Below, in pieces: positions 31,278 to 41,700 of a stretch of DNA of 51,151 bases. Location of the stretch: the NCBI GenBank assembly GCA_034530875.2, contig JAVRCJ020000049.1:1-51151 (forward strand). Direction: 5' to 3'. The notes under the pieces are model-generated. The model had not been told where the DNA came from and did no database searches. It worked only from the letters and a program-made list of their open reading frames with translations. This DNA comes from Nostoc sp. DedSLP01. Its GTDB lineage: Bacteria; Cyanobacteriota; Cyanobacteriia; Cyanobacteriales; Nostocaceae. Within the stretch, counting starts at the first letter, position 1. Each line of letters opens with the position of its first letter. The position numbers were made by a program, and so were the translations under genes.

Positions 31278-31841
31278 ATGCTAGATTCATCTTTATTTAT
31301 TCCGGTAATTCTTGGTACTCCTCGCCAAGGTCGCCAAAGCGAATATGTTGCTAAATTTATTGTCGAGCAGGTTGCAGCACGCGATCGCCTCGAAACCGAA
31401 CTCATTGATATTAGAAAAATGGCGATCGCTACAGATGATGCTGGCGAATCAATCAAAGACCCTCAGTTTTCTGCAACCATAGAACGAGCGGATGGATTAA
31501 TCATCGTCGCACCAGAATATAATCACGGTTATCCAGGTTTACTTAAACACGTACTCGACACCTGCCTCAAAGAATACATTCATAAAGCCGTTGGGTTGTG
31601 TGGCGTTTCAGCAGGTTCTTTTGGCGGTACAAGAGTAATTCAAAATCTCTTACCTGTAATGCGGGAGTTGGGCTTAGTAACTATTTTCTATGACCTCAAC
31701 TTTAGCAACGTTGAAAAACTATTTGATGAATCAGGCAATTTAATAGATAAACCAACCTATATTCGCCGGATGTCAAAGTTTATGGACGAGTTAGTTTGGA
31801 TGTCAACTGTCTTGAAATATGGGCGGGAACAGATTATGTGA
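31278..31841 (+). CDS. NADPH-dependent FMN reductase
   Basis: LGTPRQGRQS, PEYNHGYPGLLK, GG.R. Confidence 0.9.
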   Translation: MLDSSLFIPVILGTPRQGRQSEYVAKFIVEQVAARDRLETELIDIRKMAIATDDAGESIKDPQFSATIERADGLIIVAPEYNHGYPGLLKHVLDTCLKEYIHKAVGLCGVSAGSFGGTRVIQNLLPVMRELGLVTIFYDLNFSNVEKLFDESGNLIDKPTYIRRMSKFMDELVWMSTVLKYGREQIM

Positions 31842-31949
31842 GGTAGATGCAGAGTGTGGGGAGATTATAAAAAAGCTTCTTCCCATAGCTGGTACAAATG
31901 ATTATTTCTCGACTTCTGAATTTTTGCACAGATAAGAAATAATCCTAGT

Positions 31950-33155
31950 TTAGATTTTCGATTGTGAATACAATGGCGATCGCTGTAATTTTTTCTGTAG
32001 AACAATTTCCCCTTTGTTATTAATCTTCACTGGATTCTTAGGAAAAGCTTTATTATTCAAATGACGCATCAGTTTCACAGTCCGAAAATGTCGGTCTAAT
32101 TGAGGAATTCCCTGTTTATCCATGCGAATGGGAATAATTTTACTTGATACCAAATTACCAGATGAATTGAGTTTCACTTCTAAAATCATTGAGTCACCAG
32201 TTTCCGCATTTGTAGATAAAGTCCGGTATCCCAAGAAATTACCTAAAGAATAAGCTATGACTTTTTTCTTATAAATTTCCATCGCTCTGGGAACGTGAGG
32301 CCCGTGTCCTAGTACTAAGTCTGCTCCCGCATCAATCATTTTCCTGGCAAAATTGATTGAATTACCTCGGTTTTCTCCATAAAAAAACTCTGTCTGATTC
32401 TTAACGTCTAGTGCTTGCGTTCCTTCGGCTCCAGCGTGCATCGATACTATGACAATGTTGGCATTCTTTTTGGCTTCTACTACGAGTTTTTGCGCTGCTG
32501 CTAAATTATGGATGGAGTTATACATTTCATAAGGAGAAAAACCAATCATTGCCACAGGAATATTGTTCAGTTCTAGATAGAGAATTTGGTTTTTATGCCC
32601 TAATGTAGCGATACCGACAGCCTCAAGATTCTTCTTTGTATCTTTGAACCCTATCACGCCAAAGTCCATTGCATGATTATTCGCCATATTGAAGACATTA
32701 AAACCAGCCTTAGCAAATAGCTGAGCATAAGCAGGTGGAGAGCGAAATGCAAAGACTTGTCCTCGACTAATATCTTTAGTAGTGTAGGGATAATTAGTTA
32801 AGCTACTTTCAAAATTACCAAACAAAATATCAGCTCCTTGCAAATAAGTGATGACTGATTTTGGTAATAATTGCTCTCGAAAGCGGGGTAATCTGTAGTT
32901 AGGAAAATTAGTCCCAGGAATAATATCTCCAACAGCTTTAATGGTAATAGTGTCTGGAAAAGTTTGTTTTTTTACTGTTGGTGCCGTAGATTCAGGTACG
33001 GCTGACGGTAACAAACTAGCTTTAGCAGGTGTAGTAGCAGCATTTGTTCGCTGCGATTGTCCAAGCCGAATCACGACTCCTACACTCATAACCAGATAAA
33101 AACACACACCAATATAAGCAAACGAAACTGTTCGCCCCAAAGTTGGATTCGCCAT
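31950..33155 (-). CDS. CapA (PGA_cap) family metallophosphatase-fold protein
   Basis: AVGDI, GNFE, ANNHAMDFG, GHGPHV, YSLGNF. Confidence 0.9.
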   Translation of the reverse strand: MANPTLGRTVSFAYIGVCFYLVMSVGVVIRLGQSQRTNAATTPAKASLLPSAVPESTAPTVKKQTFPDTITIKAVGDIIPGTNFPNYRLPRFREQLLPKSVITYLQGADILFGNFESSLTNYPYTTKDISRGQVFAFRSPPAYAQLFAKAGFNVFNMANNHAMDFGVIGFKDTKKNLEAVGIATLGHKNQILYLELNNIPVAMIGFSPYEMYNSIHNLAAAQKLVVEAKKNANIVIVSMHAGAEGTQALDVKNQTEFFYGENRGNSINFARKMIDAGADLVLGHGPHVPRAMEIYKKKVIAYSLGNFLGYRTLSTNAETGDSMILEVKLNSSGNLVSSKIIPIRMDKQGIPQLDRHFRTVKLMRHLNNKAFPKNPVKINNKGEIVLQKKLQRSPLYSQSKI

Positions 33156-33339
33156 CGTTCACTCCTTACACGATGGCATTAGTTTACCCTAAAAATCTGT
33201 GCTGGCAGTCTATGGTTTAGTATAATTTTGCAACAATCTCGCTAAGTAATTACATACATATTTGAAAAAGGAATAGGACAGATAGATAAACTAGTAATGC
33301 GTGCGACCTTAATAAATTTAACGATTTAGGAGATTGTGA

Positions 33340-34170
33340 TTGTTTATCGAGTTCCGAAATTACACTACCTGTATCCAGTCAAATAATTTAGATTCAATTG
33401 AAGTGGCTGTCAGCCGCATCCTTGAGCTTGAAGGTTGCCGTCGCATTTCCCTACCGCCTCAAACTTTATCAAATGAGGAATTGCGCCAAACTCCCTGGCT
33501 GCTATTACGCAACCTATGGATTGTCGGACTGTTCGTTAGCACTCAGGGATGGACTATAGTGAAAACCGAACCGAGTGAACTACTATGCCGTCGAGCTAGG
33601 GATGCTGCTCGCCCTCGCCTATCAGAACTAGCTATGCAAATTGATTGCAATGCTTTTCACTTCAGCGCATACGGTCATTATGGTATCCTTCTGGAAGCAA
33701 ATGCTATGGGTCAGACATTTATTTCTGGTAGTGTTGACCGTATAGAAGAAGAAGAAAACCAGTTTTATGAGGAAGAGATTAATAGACGTGGATACTCACA
33801 GTTCTTCTTACTAGATGTGCCAGAGGAAATACAGGCAGTTGTGAAACCTCCTTCTCCCGAACAGCAACAGGAGAAAGACAGAAGGTTGGAAGAATTAAAA
33901 ATGTTGATAGGAACCGAGGAGGAGCCATTTGATGCCCAATTTGAAATTGCAGAATTACTCAAGGGACATTATCGGCGAATAGATGAAGCTTTAGAGCCTC
34001 TGCTGGGAGGTTCCCCCTCTTATTGGTATCTCTGGAAGAATAATTTGTTTTATCTAGCTTACACCCAGCAACAGCAGCTTGCTGCGGACGGGGCACGGTT
34101 GCTGTATTTCCAACCAGCCGAACATTATCGCCAACTCAATCCATTGTATGAAATTGAGGCACAGTACTAA
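33340..34170 (+). CDS. Hypothetical protein
   Basis: 276-aa ORF with AGGAG RBS; no recognised motif. Confidence 0.7.
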   Translation: MFIEFRNYTTCIQSNNLDSIEVAVSRILELEGCRRISLPPQTLSNEELRQTPWLLLRNLWIVGLFVSTQGWTIVKTEPSELLCRRARDAARPRLSELAMQIDCNAFHFSAYGHYGILLEANAMGQTFISGSVDRIEEEENQFYEEEINRRGYSQFFLLDVPEEIQAVVKPPSPEQQQEKDRRLEELKMLIGTEEEPFDAQFEIAELLKGHYRRIDEALEPLLGGSPSYWYLWKNNLFYLAYTQQQQLAADGARLLYFQPAEHYRQLNPLYEIEAQY

Positions 34171-34240
34171 GCCCAGTGTATTTCAGCTGCGTTAACAATT
34201 TAAGATTTTTATTTTCTTATTCCATTACTAAATCAAAGTT

Positions 34241-35992
34241 TTAATGCAGTAATTCCTCAACTTGATGCTGGCTCCACAAACTTCTATAAAGACCTTGTTG
34301 TTGTAAAAGTTCTAAATGATTTCCTATCTGAACAATTTTTCCCTTTTCCATAACAAAAATTCGGTCGGCAGCGGCAGCAGCAGATAATTGATGGGTAATA
34401 AAAATTACTGTTTTACGCTGCGTACCAGCAGAAAGATTTTTGAGAATTTGTGTAGCTGTTTGATTGTCTACACTGGAAAGGGCATCATCTAAAATTAATA
34501 CTGGCGCATCAACCAGCATCGCTCTAGCAAGGGCAGTACGTTGCCGCTGACCGCCAGATAGGGTAATACCGCGTTCGCCAACGATAGTTTCGTATTGGTG
34601 CGGAAAATTATTAATTTCAGCATCAATTTGCGCTAGCTTGGCGACAAATTCCACCTTTTCTTCTTCGCTAACTGGGTCGCCGTAACGGATATTATTTTTG
34701 ATTGTGGTGCTAAATAGAAAGCTATCTTGGGGAACGTAAGCGATCGCACTTCGTAAATCTCCCAAGGCTATCTTAGTAATATCCTGCCCATCTAAAAACA
34801 ATTGCTCTGGTTCGATATCCAACAAACGCGGCAAAGCATTGGCTAAAGTCGATTTTCCGGAACCAATTGCCCCAACAATTGCCACGGTTTCTCCCGGAGC
34901 AATGGTAAAGTTGATATTTTCTAAAGCTGGAGTCGCCGCACCAGGATAAGTATAGGTGAGATTTTTCGCCGTTACTTCTCCTTTGAGTTGGTTCATTGTC
35001 AGATGTATCGCATCTTCTGTGTCTTGAATTTTCGGCGTGACACTGAGAATAGATTCTAAGCGATCGATGCTCACTTCACCCCGTTGATAAGTGCTAATGG
35101 TGAAGCCTAAAAGCGTAGTGGGAAAAACCAAACGCTCTACATAAATTAACAGTGCTAAAAAATCGCCAACTTCCAGCGTCCCGGCTGACATCCGCGCTGC
35201 GCCTAGCCAAATAATTACTAGCGAACTGACGTTAGCTAGACCGCCAACTAAAGGAAATAGCGTATTTCGGCTTTTTGCCAGTTCCAAATTCGCAGCCAAT
35301 AGCTGTTGATTTTTCTTGGCAAAAGCTCGACGCTCGTTTGCTTCTTGGGCGTAAATTTTAATTAAGGCAATGCCGCTGATATCCTCTTGGATGAGTTCGC
35401 TAATATCAGAGAGCTGCTCTTGGACTGCTGCTTGTTGTTTGCGTAAGCGATCGCTAAACAAACTCACCAACAAGAACATAAAAGGGTACACTGCCAAAGA
35501 CGCTAGTGTGAGATCCACACTAATCGCCAGCATTACTGGCAGTGTCAACGCATAAGCAAAAACAGTATTTGCCAAACTCAAGACGGCAAAACCCAACAAC
35601 CGCTTGATATTGTCCACATCGCTGGTAGCCCGACTAATCAAATCACCAGCAGTATTACTCGCAAAATAAGATGGCTCCAACTTGAGTAAGTGTTCAAAAA
35701 TCCGTTGTTTGAGGTCAAATTCCACCTGGCGCCCTACCCCAAATAGCCAAATCCGCGAAGCCATACGGATTAGCCACATTGCTGAACTCAGCAATACAAT
35801 TATTACGACATAATGTAGTATTTGATTCCAATTGAAGGATGTTGAGAGTTTGTCAACACCAGCACGAATCAACCAAGGGATATAAACGCCCAGGGCATTA
35901 ACAGACAACAAAGCGAGAATGCCTAAAGAGGCTTCCCGCCAATGGGGTCGAAGGTAGGCACCAAGTTTAGCGAGTCTTCGAGATTTTGCCAT
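34241..35992 (-). CDS. ABC exporter, fused permease/ATPase
   Basis: TM domain, GAIGSGKST, LSGGQRQR, ILDD, H-loop. Confidence 0.95.
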   Translation of the reverse strand: MAKSRRLAKLGAYLRPHWREASLGILALLSVNALGVYIPWLIRAGVDKLSTSFNWNQILHYVVIIVLLSSAMWLIRMASRIWLFGVGRQVEFDLKQRIFEHLLKLEPSYFASNTAGDLISRATSDVDNIKRLLGFAVLSLANTVFAYALTLPVMLAISVDLTLASLAVYPFMFLLVSLFSDRLRKQQAAVQEQLSDISELIQEDISGIALIKIYAQEANERRAFAKKNQQLLAANLELAKSRNTLFPLVGGLANVSSLVIIWLGAARMSAGTLEVGDFLALLIYVERLVFPTTLLGFTISTYQRGEVSIDRLESILSVTPKIQDTEDAIHLTMNQLKGEVTAKNLTYTYPGAATPALENINFTIAPGETVAIVGAIGSGKSTLANALPRLLDIEPEQLFLDGQDITKIALGDLRSAIAYVPQDSFLFSTTIKNNIRYGDPVSEEEKVEFVAKLAQIDAEINNFPHQYETIVGERGITLSGGQRQRTALARAMLVDAPVLILDDALSSVDNQTATQILKNLSAGTQRKTVIFITHQLSAAAAADRIFVMEKGKIVQIGNHLELLQQQGLYRSLWSQHQVEELLH

Positions 35993-36174
35993 TAAAGCAA
36001 TTTTGCAACTTTATCATCCTAAATGAACTGCTAATCCCAGAAGGCGGCTGTGTAGAGAGAATATTGCTTAGCGGCAATCACAGCCATTAATCCAGCCACT
36101 AGTACTGCGTCCCCAAAAGGGGAGCGGTACTAGGGCTTGGGTTGCAGCCTTTTGAGTATTTCTTTTTTACTTTT

Positions 36175-36807
36175 TTACCGTTGAACACGCAAGAACCTGT
36201 AAATTTCAAAGAGATAACTTTCCCAAGTTCTTGTTGTCAATAGTAGAGTTTCCACATTCGGTACAAAGTCTTCAAGTCGTAAACCGCGTGTACGAATATC
36301 TTGAGGATTTCCTTGCAAGAGGTATGGGGGCACTCTCAAATTATAAGAAAGAATGTTATTCCCCGTCACATCTGAAATGTTTGCTGGGGCGGTTTGTTCC
36401 CCTAATGCCACTAGTGTTTGAGATGTTGATACAGCAGTTCCTCCTAAAGGCACTCTGTAAAGTAAATAAGCGACTGCTGGTGTACTCGCCAAGAGCAAAA
36501 TCGTTAGCGCCCAACCCACTAAGTATCCTCCTGGTTTGTCGATTCCGCCTCCTTTGATTCTCTGAGCTGCAAAAATCATCATTAAAACAGAGGCTCCTAA
36601 AGGCTTGAGTGGAAAAGACATCATCCTCCACAACGACGCCACAGCTGGTTCATTGGGGTTGAGAAACGATAGGGCTACGATTACCAAAATAACAACTAAG
36701 ATTAATCGCCCTACAAAACTCCCTGAAGGATAAAATCGCTGGAACAGAGCATATACGATAGTGCCGATCAGCAGCCACAGCAGTACCCGGCTTAGCAATA
36801 GAAACAT
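36175..36807 (-). CDS. Hypothetical membrane protein
   Basis: Four hydrophobic segments in the N-terminal half. Confidence 0.75.
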   Translation of the reverse strand: MFLLLSRVLLWLLIGTIVYALFQRFYPSGSFVGRLILVVILVIVALSFLNPNEPAVASLWRMMSFPLKPLGASVLMMIFAAQRIKGGGIDKPGGYLVGWALTILLLASTPAVAYLLYRVPLGGTAVSTSQTLVALGEQTAPANISDVTGNNILSYNLRVPPYLLQGNPQDIRTRGLRLEDFVPNVETLLLTTRTWESYLFEIYRFLRVQR

Positions 36808-37293
36808 AGATTAACTCTCAAATTTTCTGGTGCGGTGAGCCAGTGCGGTGGTGAGACAGTCCGCTTTGATTGGGGTTTTCGTGCCAGTTTTTTGAAGTCG
36901 GGCGTTGTACCCATCAAAGTCATAGCTTCCCCAAAGGAACTGTCGAAAGGATTTCCCGGTATTAATCAGCCAGCGTTGTCTTGTAAAGACACTATCTTGG
37001 GCGGGAAATACCGAACCAATATAGTAACTCTCCATAAGCTACTGGCGTCAACTGGCTAACCCGTAAGAATTAGCCTAGAGGTTTCGGGAAATGGATTTAT
37101 TTTATCGCCAAATAGTAATTGCACCGTTTGACTTAAAAAACTAAACTTCAAACCTCACACCGAAAGACTACCGTCGTTGTGATTTTAGTGCAATTTTTTG
37201 ACACTGCGTCTATTATTTATAAATTTCCAGAAGAGTAATGTGGCACCAGTAAATTAAATTAATTGAGTAGTTGTTAACTTAAAAGGAAAAACT

Positions 37294-38292
37294 ATGCTGT
37301 CTGGAAAGCCTACGATCTTGGTCACAGGCGGAGCTGGATATATTGGCTCCCATACGGTGCTGGCTCTCAAGCAAGCCGGTTATAACGTTGTCATCCTTGA
37401 TAATTTGGTATACGGCCACCGCGACCTGGTAGAAAAAGTTTTAGAGGTAGAACTGATAGTAGGCGATACAAGCGATCGCCCTTTACTCGATCGCCTATTC
37501 AAAACCCGCGATATTGCCGCTGTCATGCACTTTTCGGCTTATGCCTACGTCGGAGAATCGGTAACCGATCCCGCCAAATATTACCGCAATAATGTCCTGG
37601 GGACTCTCACTCTGTTAGAAGCTATGTTGACGGCTTCTGTTAAGAAATTTGTATTTTCTTCAACTTGTGCCACTTATGGCGTGCCAGAATTCGTACCGAT
37701 CCCCGAAACCCATCCTCAAAATCCGATTAATCCTTATGGGGCTACTAAGTTGATGGTAGAGCGAATTCTCACTGATTTTGATGTGGCTTACGGTTTTAAA
37801 TCAGTGCGTTTTCGGTATTTTAATGCTGCTGGTGCTAATCCTCATGGTTTGTTGGGCGAGGATCACAATCCAGAAACCCATTTGATTCCTTTGGTATTGA
37901 TGACAGCCTTAGGCAAACAAAAATCTATCTCAATTTTCGGAACTGATTACCCGACACCAGACGGTACTTGTATTCGTGATTATATTCATGTGAATGATTT
38001 AGCAGACGCTCATATTTTGGGCTTGGAATATTTATTAAAAGGTGGCGATAGCGAAGTTTTTAATTTAGGCAATGGTAGCGGTTTCTCTGTCAGAGAAGTA
38101 ATTGCAGCAGTCGAGGCGGTCACCGGAGTTACGATCCCAGTCGAAGAACGCGATCGCCGTCCTGGCGATCCCCCAATTCTCATTGGTGCTAGCGAAAAAG
38201 CCAGAACAATCTTAGGCTGGCAACCTCAATATCCATCCATTAAAGATATTGTCGCTCATGCGTGGCAGTGGCATCAAAAGCGACATAAATAG
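37294..38292 (+). CDS. galE: UDP-glucose 4-epimerase
   Basis: TGGAGYIGSH, YYRNN, FSSTCATYG, YGATK, RYFNAAG, DGTCIRDYIHV. Confidence 0.96.
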   Translation: MLSGKPTILVTGGAGYIGSHTVLALKQAGYNVVILDNLVYGHRDLVEKVLEVELIVGDTSDRPLLDRLFKTRDIAAVMHFSAYAYVGESVTDPAKYYRNNVLGTLTLLEAMLTASVKKFVFSSTCATYGVPEFVPIPETHPQNPINPYGATKLMVERILTDFDVAYGFKSVRFRYFNAAGANPHGLLGEDHNPETHLIPLVLMTALGKQKSISIFGTDYPTPDGTCIRDYIHVNDLADAHILGLEYLLKGGDSEVFNLGNGSGFSVREVIAAVEAVTGVTIPVEERDRRPGDPPILIGASEKARTILGWQPQYPSIKDIVAHAWQWHQKRHK

Positions 38293-38327
38293 ATTTGAGG
38301 GCATTAAGCCGACATCAGTATCAGATA

Positions 38328-38355
38328 GTGCGTTATGGACTGGTGTCTATAACGC
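38328..38355. repeat. REP-like hairpin downstream of galE
   Basis: TGCGTTAT-GGACTGGTGTCT-ATAACGCA, related to the 20300 palindromes. Confidence 0.6.
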
Positions 38356-38521
38356 AATACGCCTGCTGCAAACATTTTTTGAATCGGTATTACCTTTTGG
38401 CATCGAACAGGCGATCGCTAATACTAAACAAGAAGTAGAGTTTCACCATTACACCTCTTGCAAAAAGAGTTTTGCACTTCAAGGAGCAAAGGGATGCATA
38501 TAAAAGGGAAAGGCTTTTTTC

Positions 38522-38750
38522 TTATCGAAACAATCGGGTCAAAAACCGTACTTCGTCCAAAGTTTTTGGAATGGGGTATAAATCCTCGTTACAAAAACGG
38601 CCTCCTCCCCCCTGCCTCCTGCCTCCTGCCCCCTGCCCCCTGCCTCCTGCCTCCTGCCCCCTGCCTCCTGCCCCCTGCCTCCTGCCCCCTGCCTCCTGCC
38701 TCCTGCCTCCTGCCCCTGCCCCCTGCCCCCTGCCTCCTGCCTTCGTTAAC
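38522..38750 (+). repeat. Dispersed repeat copy 2 carrying an expanded CCTGCC(T/C) heptamer array (~19 units, 38611-38742)
   Basis: Same sequence as 6675-6787 with the STRR expansion just before CCTTCGTTAAC. Confidence 0.92.
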
Positions 38751-38752
38751 CC

Positions 38753-41700
38753 CTAATGGATAGGGAGAACGATCTCAAACTCAGTTCCCTCGGTGGGCTG
38801 AGAACGCACAGTTAAATTGCCGCGATGTTGTTGGATGATGGAATAGCAGACAAATAACCCCAAACCTTGACCGCGACCAACGGGTTTTGTGGTGAAAAAC
38901 GGTTCAAAAATCTTCTCTTGCAGGCTCTCGGGAATCGTACTATCTGTATTGGCGATCGCGATTCGCAACCATTCCCGATCTATCACTCCGGTACGAATCC
39001 GAATTTCTGGGCGATCGCTGCTTTGGGGATTATCTCGAATCGCATCAATGGCATTGTTAATAATATTCAGGAAGACTTGATTCAACTGACTGGCATAGCA
39101 AGTCACTAGAGGTAGATTGCCATACTCCTTGATGACGCGCACTTCAGGTTGATTTTCAGAAGCTAGCAAGCGATGTTGCAAAATTAACAGTGTACTTTCA
39201 ATACCACTGTGTAAATCTACTTCTTTGATTTCGGCTTCATCTAAGCGAACAAAGTTGCGTAAACTCTGGACAATTTGGCTGATGCGATGGCTACCAAGTT
39301 TCATAGATTCTAGGATTTGATTGGCATCCTCAAACAGAAAATCGAGGTCAATTTCTTGGCGCTTATCTTGAATAACTTGACTAGGTTGGGGATATTCCTG
39401 CTCGTAAAGCATCAGCAAACTCATCATATCTGCAACATAATTTTCTGTATGGATGAGATTACCCTTGATAAAATTAACTGGATTGTTAATTTCGTGAGCA
39501 ATACCAGCGACCAATTGACCGAGGGATGACATTTTTTCACTGTGTATTAATTGCCCTTGAGTTTGCTGCAATTTTTTCAAGGTCTGTTCTAAATCTTGGG
39601 CTTTTTGGTTGAGAGCCTGGGTTTTGTGTTCTACCTCTGCTTTTAGGGTCTGAGAATAGTTTTGAGTTTGTTGATACAGACGGGCATTTTCCACAGAGAT
39701 GGCGGCTTGGCTAGTGAGGAGTTGCAGAATCTCGATGCGATCGCTGGTAAAAGCACCAAAAATTAAGTTGTTCTCTAGATACAAAATACCGATGAGTTTT
39801 CCTTGGCGACTAATAGGAGTACATAAAACTGATTTGGGCTGGTGAGCGATCGTGTAGCGATCGCTAGCAAATTGCACTGTTCTACTCAAGTCTTCAAACA
39901 CAACCGTTTCTTGAGTTCTTGCTACTGCATAAATCAAACTGTGGGGAATTTCTGAGTATTGCTCTAGGGGAATTTCTAAGTTTTTTACTACTTCTCGATC
40001 GGCTTGAGCTACAACTAACCATTGTTCCTCTTGGCTAAGAACTAAATGACCGATTTGCGCGCCAGCATTGGCGATGGTAATCTGCATCAAGCTTGCCAAC
40101 AGTTTCTCTAATTCAATTTCTTGAGAGATGGCTTGTGCGGCTTTCATCACCGCTTGCAAATCTAAGTATAAGTTTTGGCTGCTGGAGCTTTTTGTTACAC
40201 TTTTCATCACAGTAGCGGGTATGGTTGCCGCAGATGTGATGGCAACATGAGCCGGTTCGAGAATGAGTGTTAGTAGTTGCGGATATTGTTGTTCTAAATC
40301 AGTGACTTTCGCCTTTGCACCCCAATGGGCGTAGCAGTAGTAGGCTTGCTGTATATAGTCTACGGCCGCATTCTCTTTGCCCCAATTGAGGTAGAATTTG
40401 GCGGCCAGCTCGTTGCTGAGTGCTTCTTCTTGGATATAGCCGTTTTCTTTTGCCCCCTGAATGGCTTTTTCATAGTACATCGTTGCGTCTACATAACCCA
40501 AAATTCTTGCCCGTTCTGCTTCAACTAAATCGTATTTGTGTTGATGATTGGCGGGAGCCTGAAACGCCCACTGACTCATCAATTTCTGGTTTTCTGCAAC
40601 TTTTTCTAGTACCGATCGCTGCTCTGCTTCGTTGCCATTTGAACAGGTAGCCAAAAGAACCAGGGAGTAGTAGAAATTATGTTCTGCAAACTGCAAGAAG
40701 CCAACCATGTTTCCTCGGTATTTTTCGGCTTCTTGAGCATGGATTAGTGCCTGCTTATAGTCCTTAAAGATGAACAGAAGAATTGTCTTTGCCAGATGGA
40801 GCTGAAACAGGAGAGTTCCGTTTTGAGTTTCAATTAAAATCGGCAGCATTTCTCCCTCGTCGAAACTCTCCCCAACCAGTATTAGGGGATCTTCTGCTGC
40901 TCCCATCAAATTCAACACCAGCTGACGACAAATCTGGCTGAAATAAATTTGATATTCTTGTTTGAATTTCAACAACAGATCGATGTATTTTTGCTGTTGC
41001 TGATTTACCTGCTCGAGTGCTTCACCGATAAAGAAAAGATAGTTGCAGTAGGAGGCGGCGTTGTAGCAGGCATACTCTACATCACCGACTTCTAATCCAA
41101 CCTGAATCGCTTCACGCAGGGGAGCAATAGTTTTGCGAGCCGGTTCTTGCCAGTGCCGCACAAAGACATCAAAAATGTTAATTACCTTAGCATGTAATTT
41201 CCTGGCGTTGAAGCGATCGAGCAATTTTAATCCTAATTGTCCAAATCGATAGCCTCTAGCAATTCCGCTTGGGTTACTACATAAAACCAGACCATAAAAG
41301 GTGTAGCCAAATGCCGAAAATGCCGAGTTGCCAAATTGAATCGATAAATTTACTAGCGTGTAAGCAATGGGCGGTAACAGATCTGGTTTAGCGTTGAGGC
41401 TGGGAGTCACCATTGCGATGGTGATTCGCATGGCTGCTAACTTGTGGGGATCGACCATCTCTGGCAGGTTAATTAAATCCTCAATCGCTAACTCCAGTGG
41501 GGGTTCTTTAAATAGCGGTTCGCCCAAAAACTCCAGCACTTGGAGAGATGTGTCGATCGCTGCCAGCATTTGATTCTGAGCAATGTAGAAATAGATTTTG
41601 ATTTCATACATCTTGACCTTTTGCAGCAAATCCTGAGCGTGCTGAAGAACAATTTCTGAAAGCTTTTCTGCCTGCTCGAAATGGGCAGTCAGGTACTCAA

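Noticed and set aside
36811..37059. Two opposing 74-aa ORFs
   Set aside because: Both run through repeat-derived sequence with no recognisable motif; kept only as a structural observation
38249..38503. 84-aa ORF overlapping the galE end
   Set aside because: Crosses a REP-like hairpin and repeat remnants; the middle part might be a gene relic but cannot be supported
38611..38742. Possible CRISPR array
   Set aside because: Spacer-less 7-mer tandem repeat; no cas genes in the window
38458..38763. ORFs with LLPPAPC / PLPPAS repeats (38458-38763, 38472-38756)
   Set aside because: Open only because the CCTGCC(T/C) heptamer array lacks stops; not a RiPP precursor or real protein on present evidence
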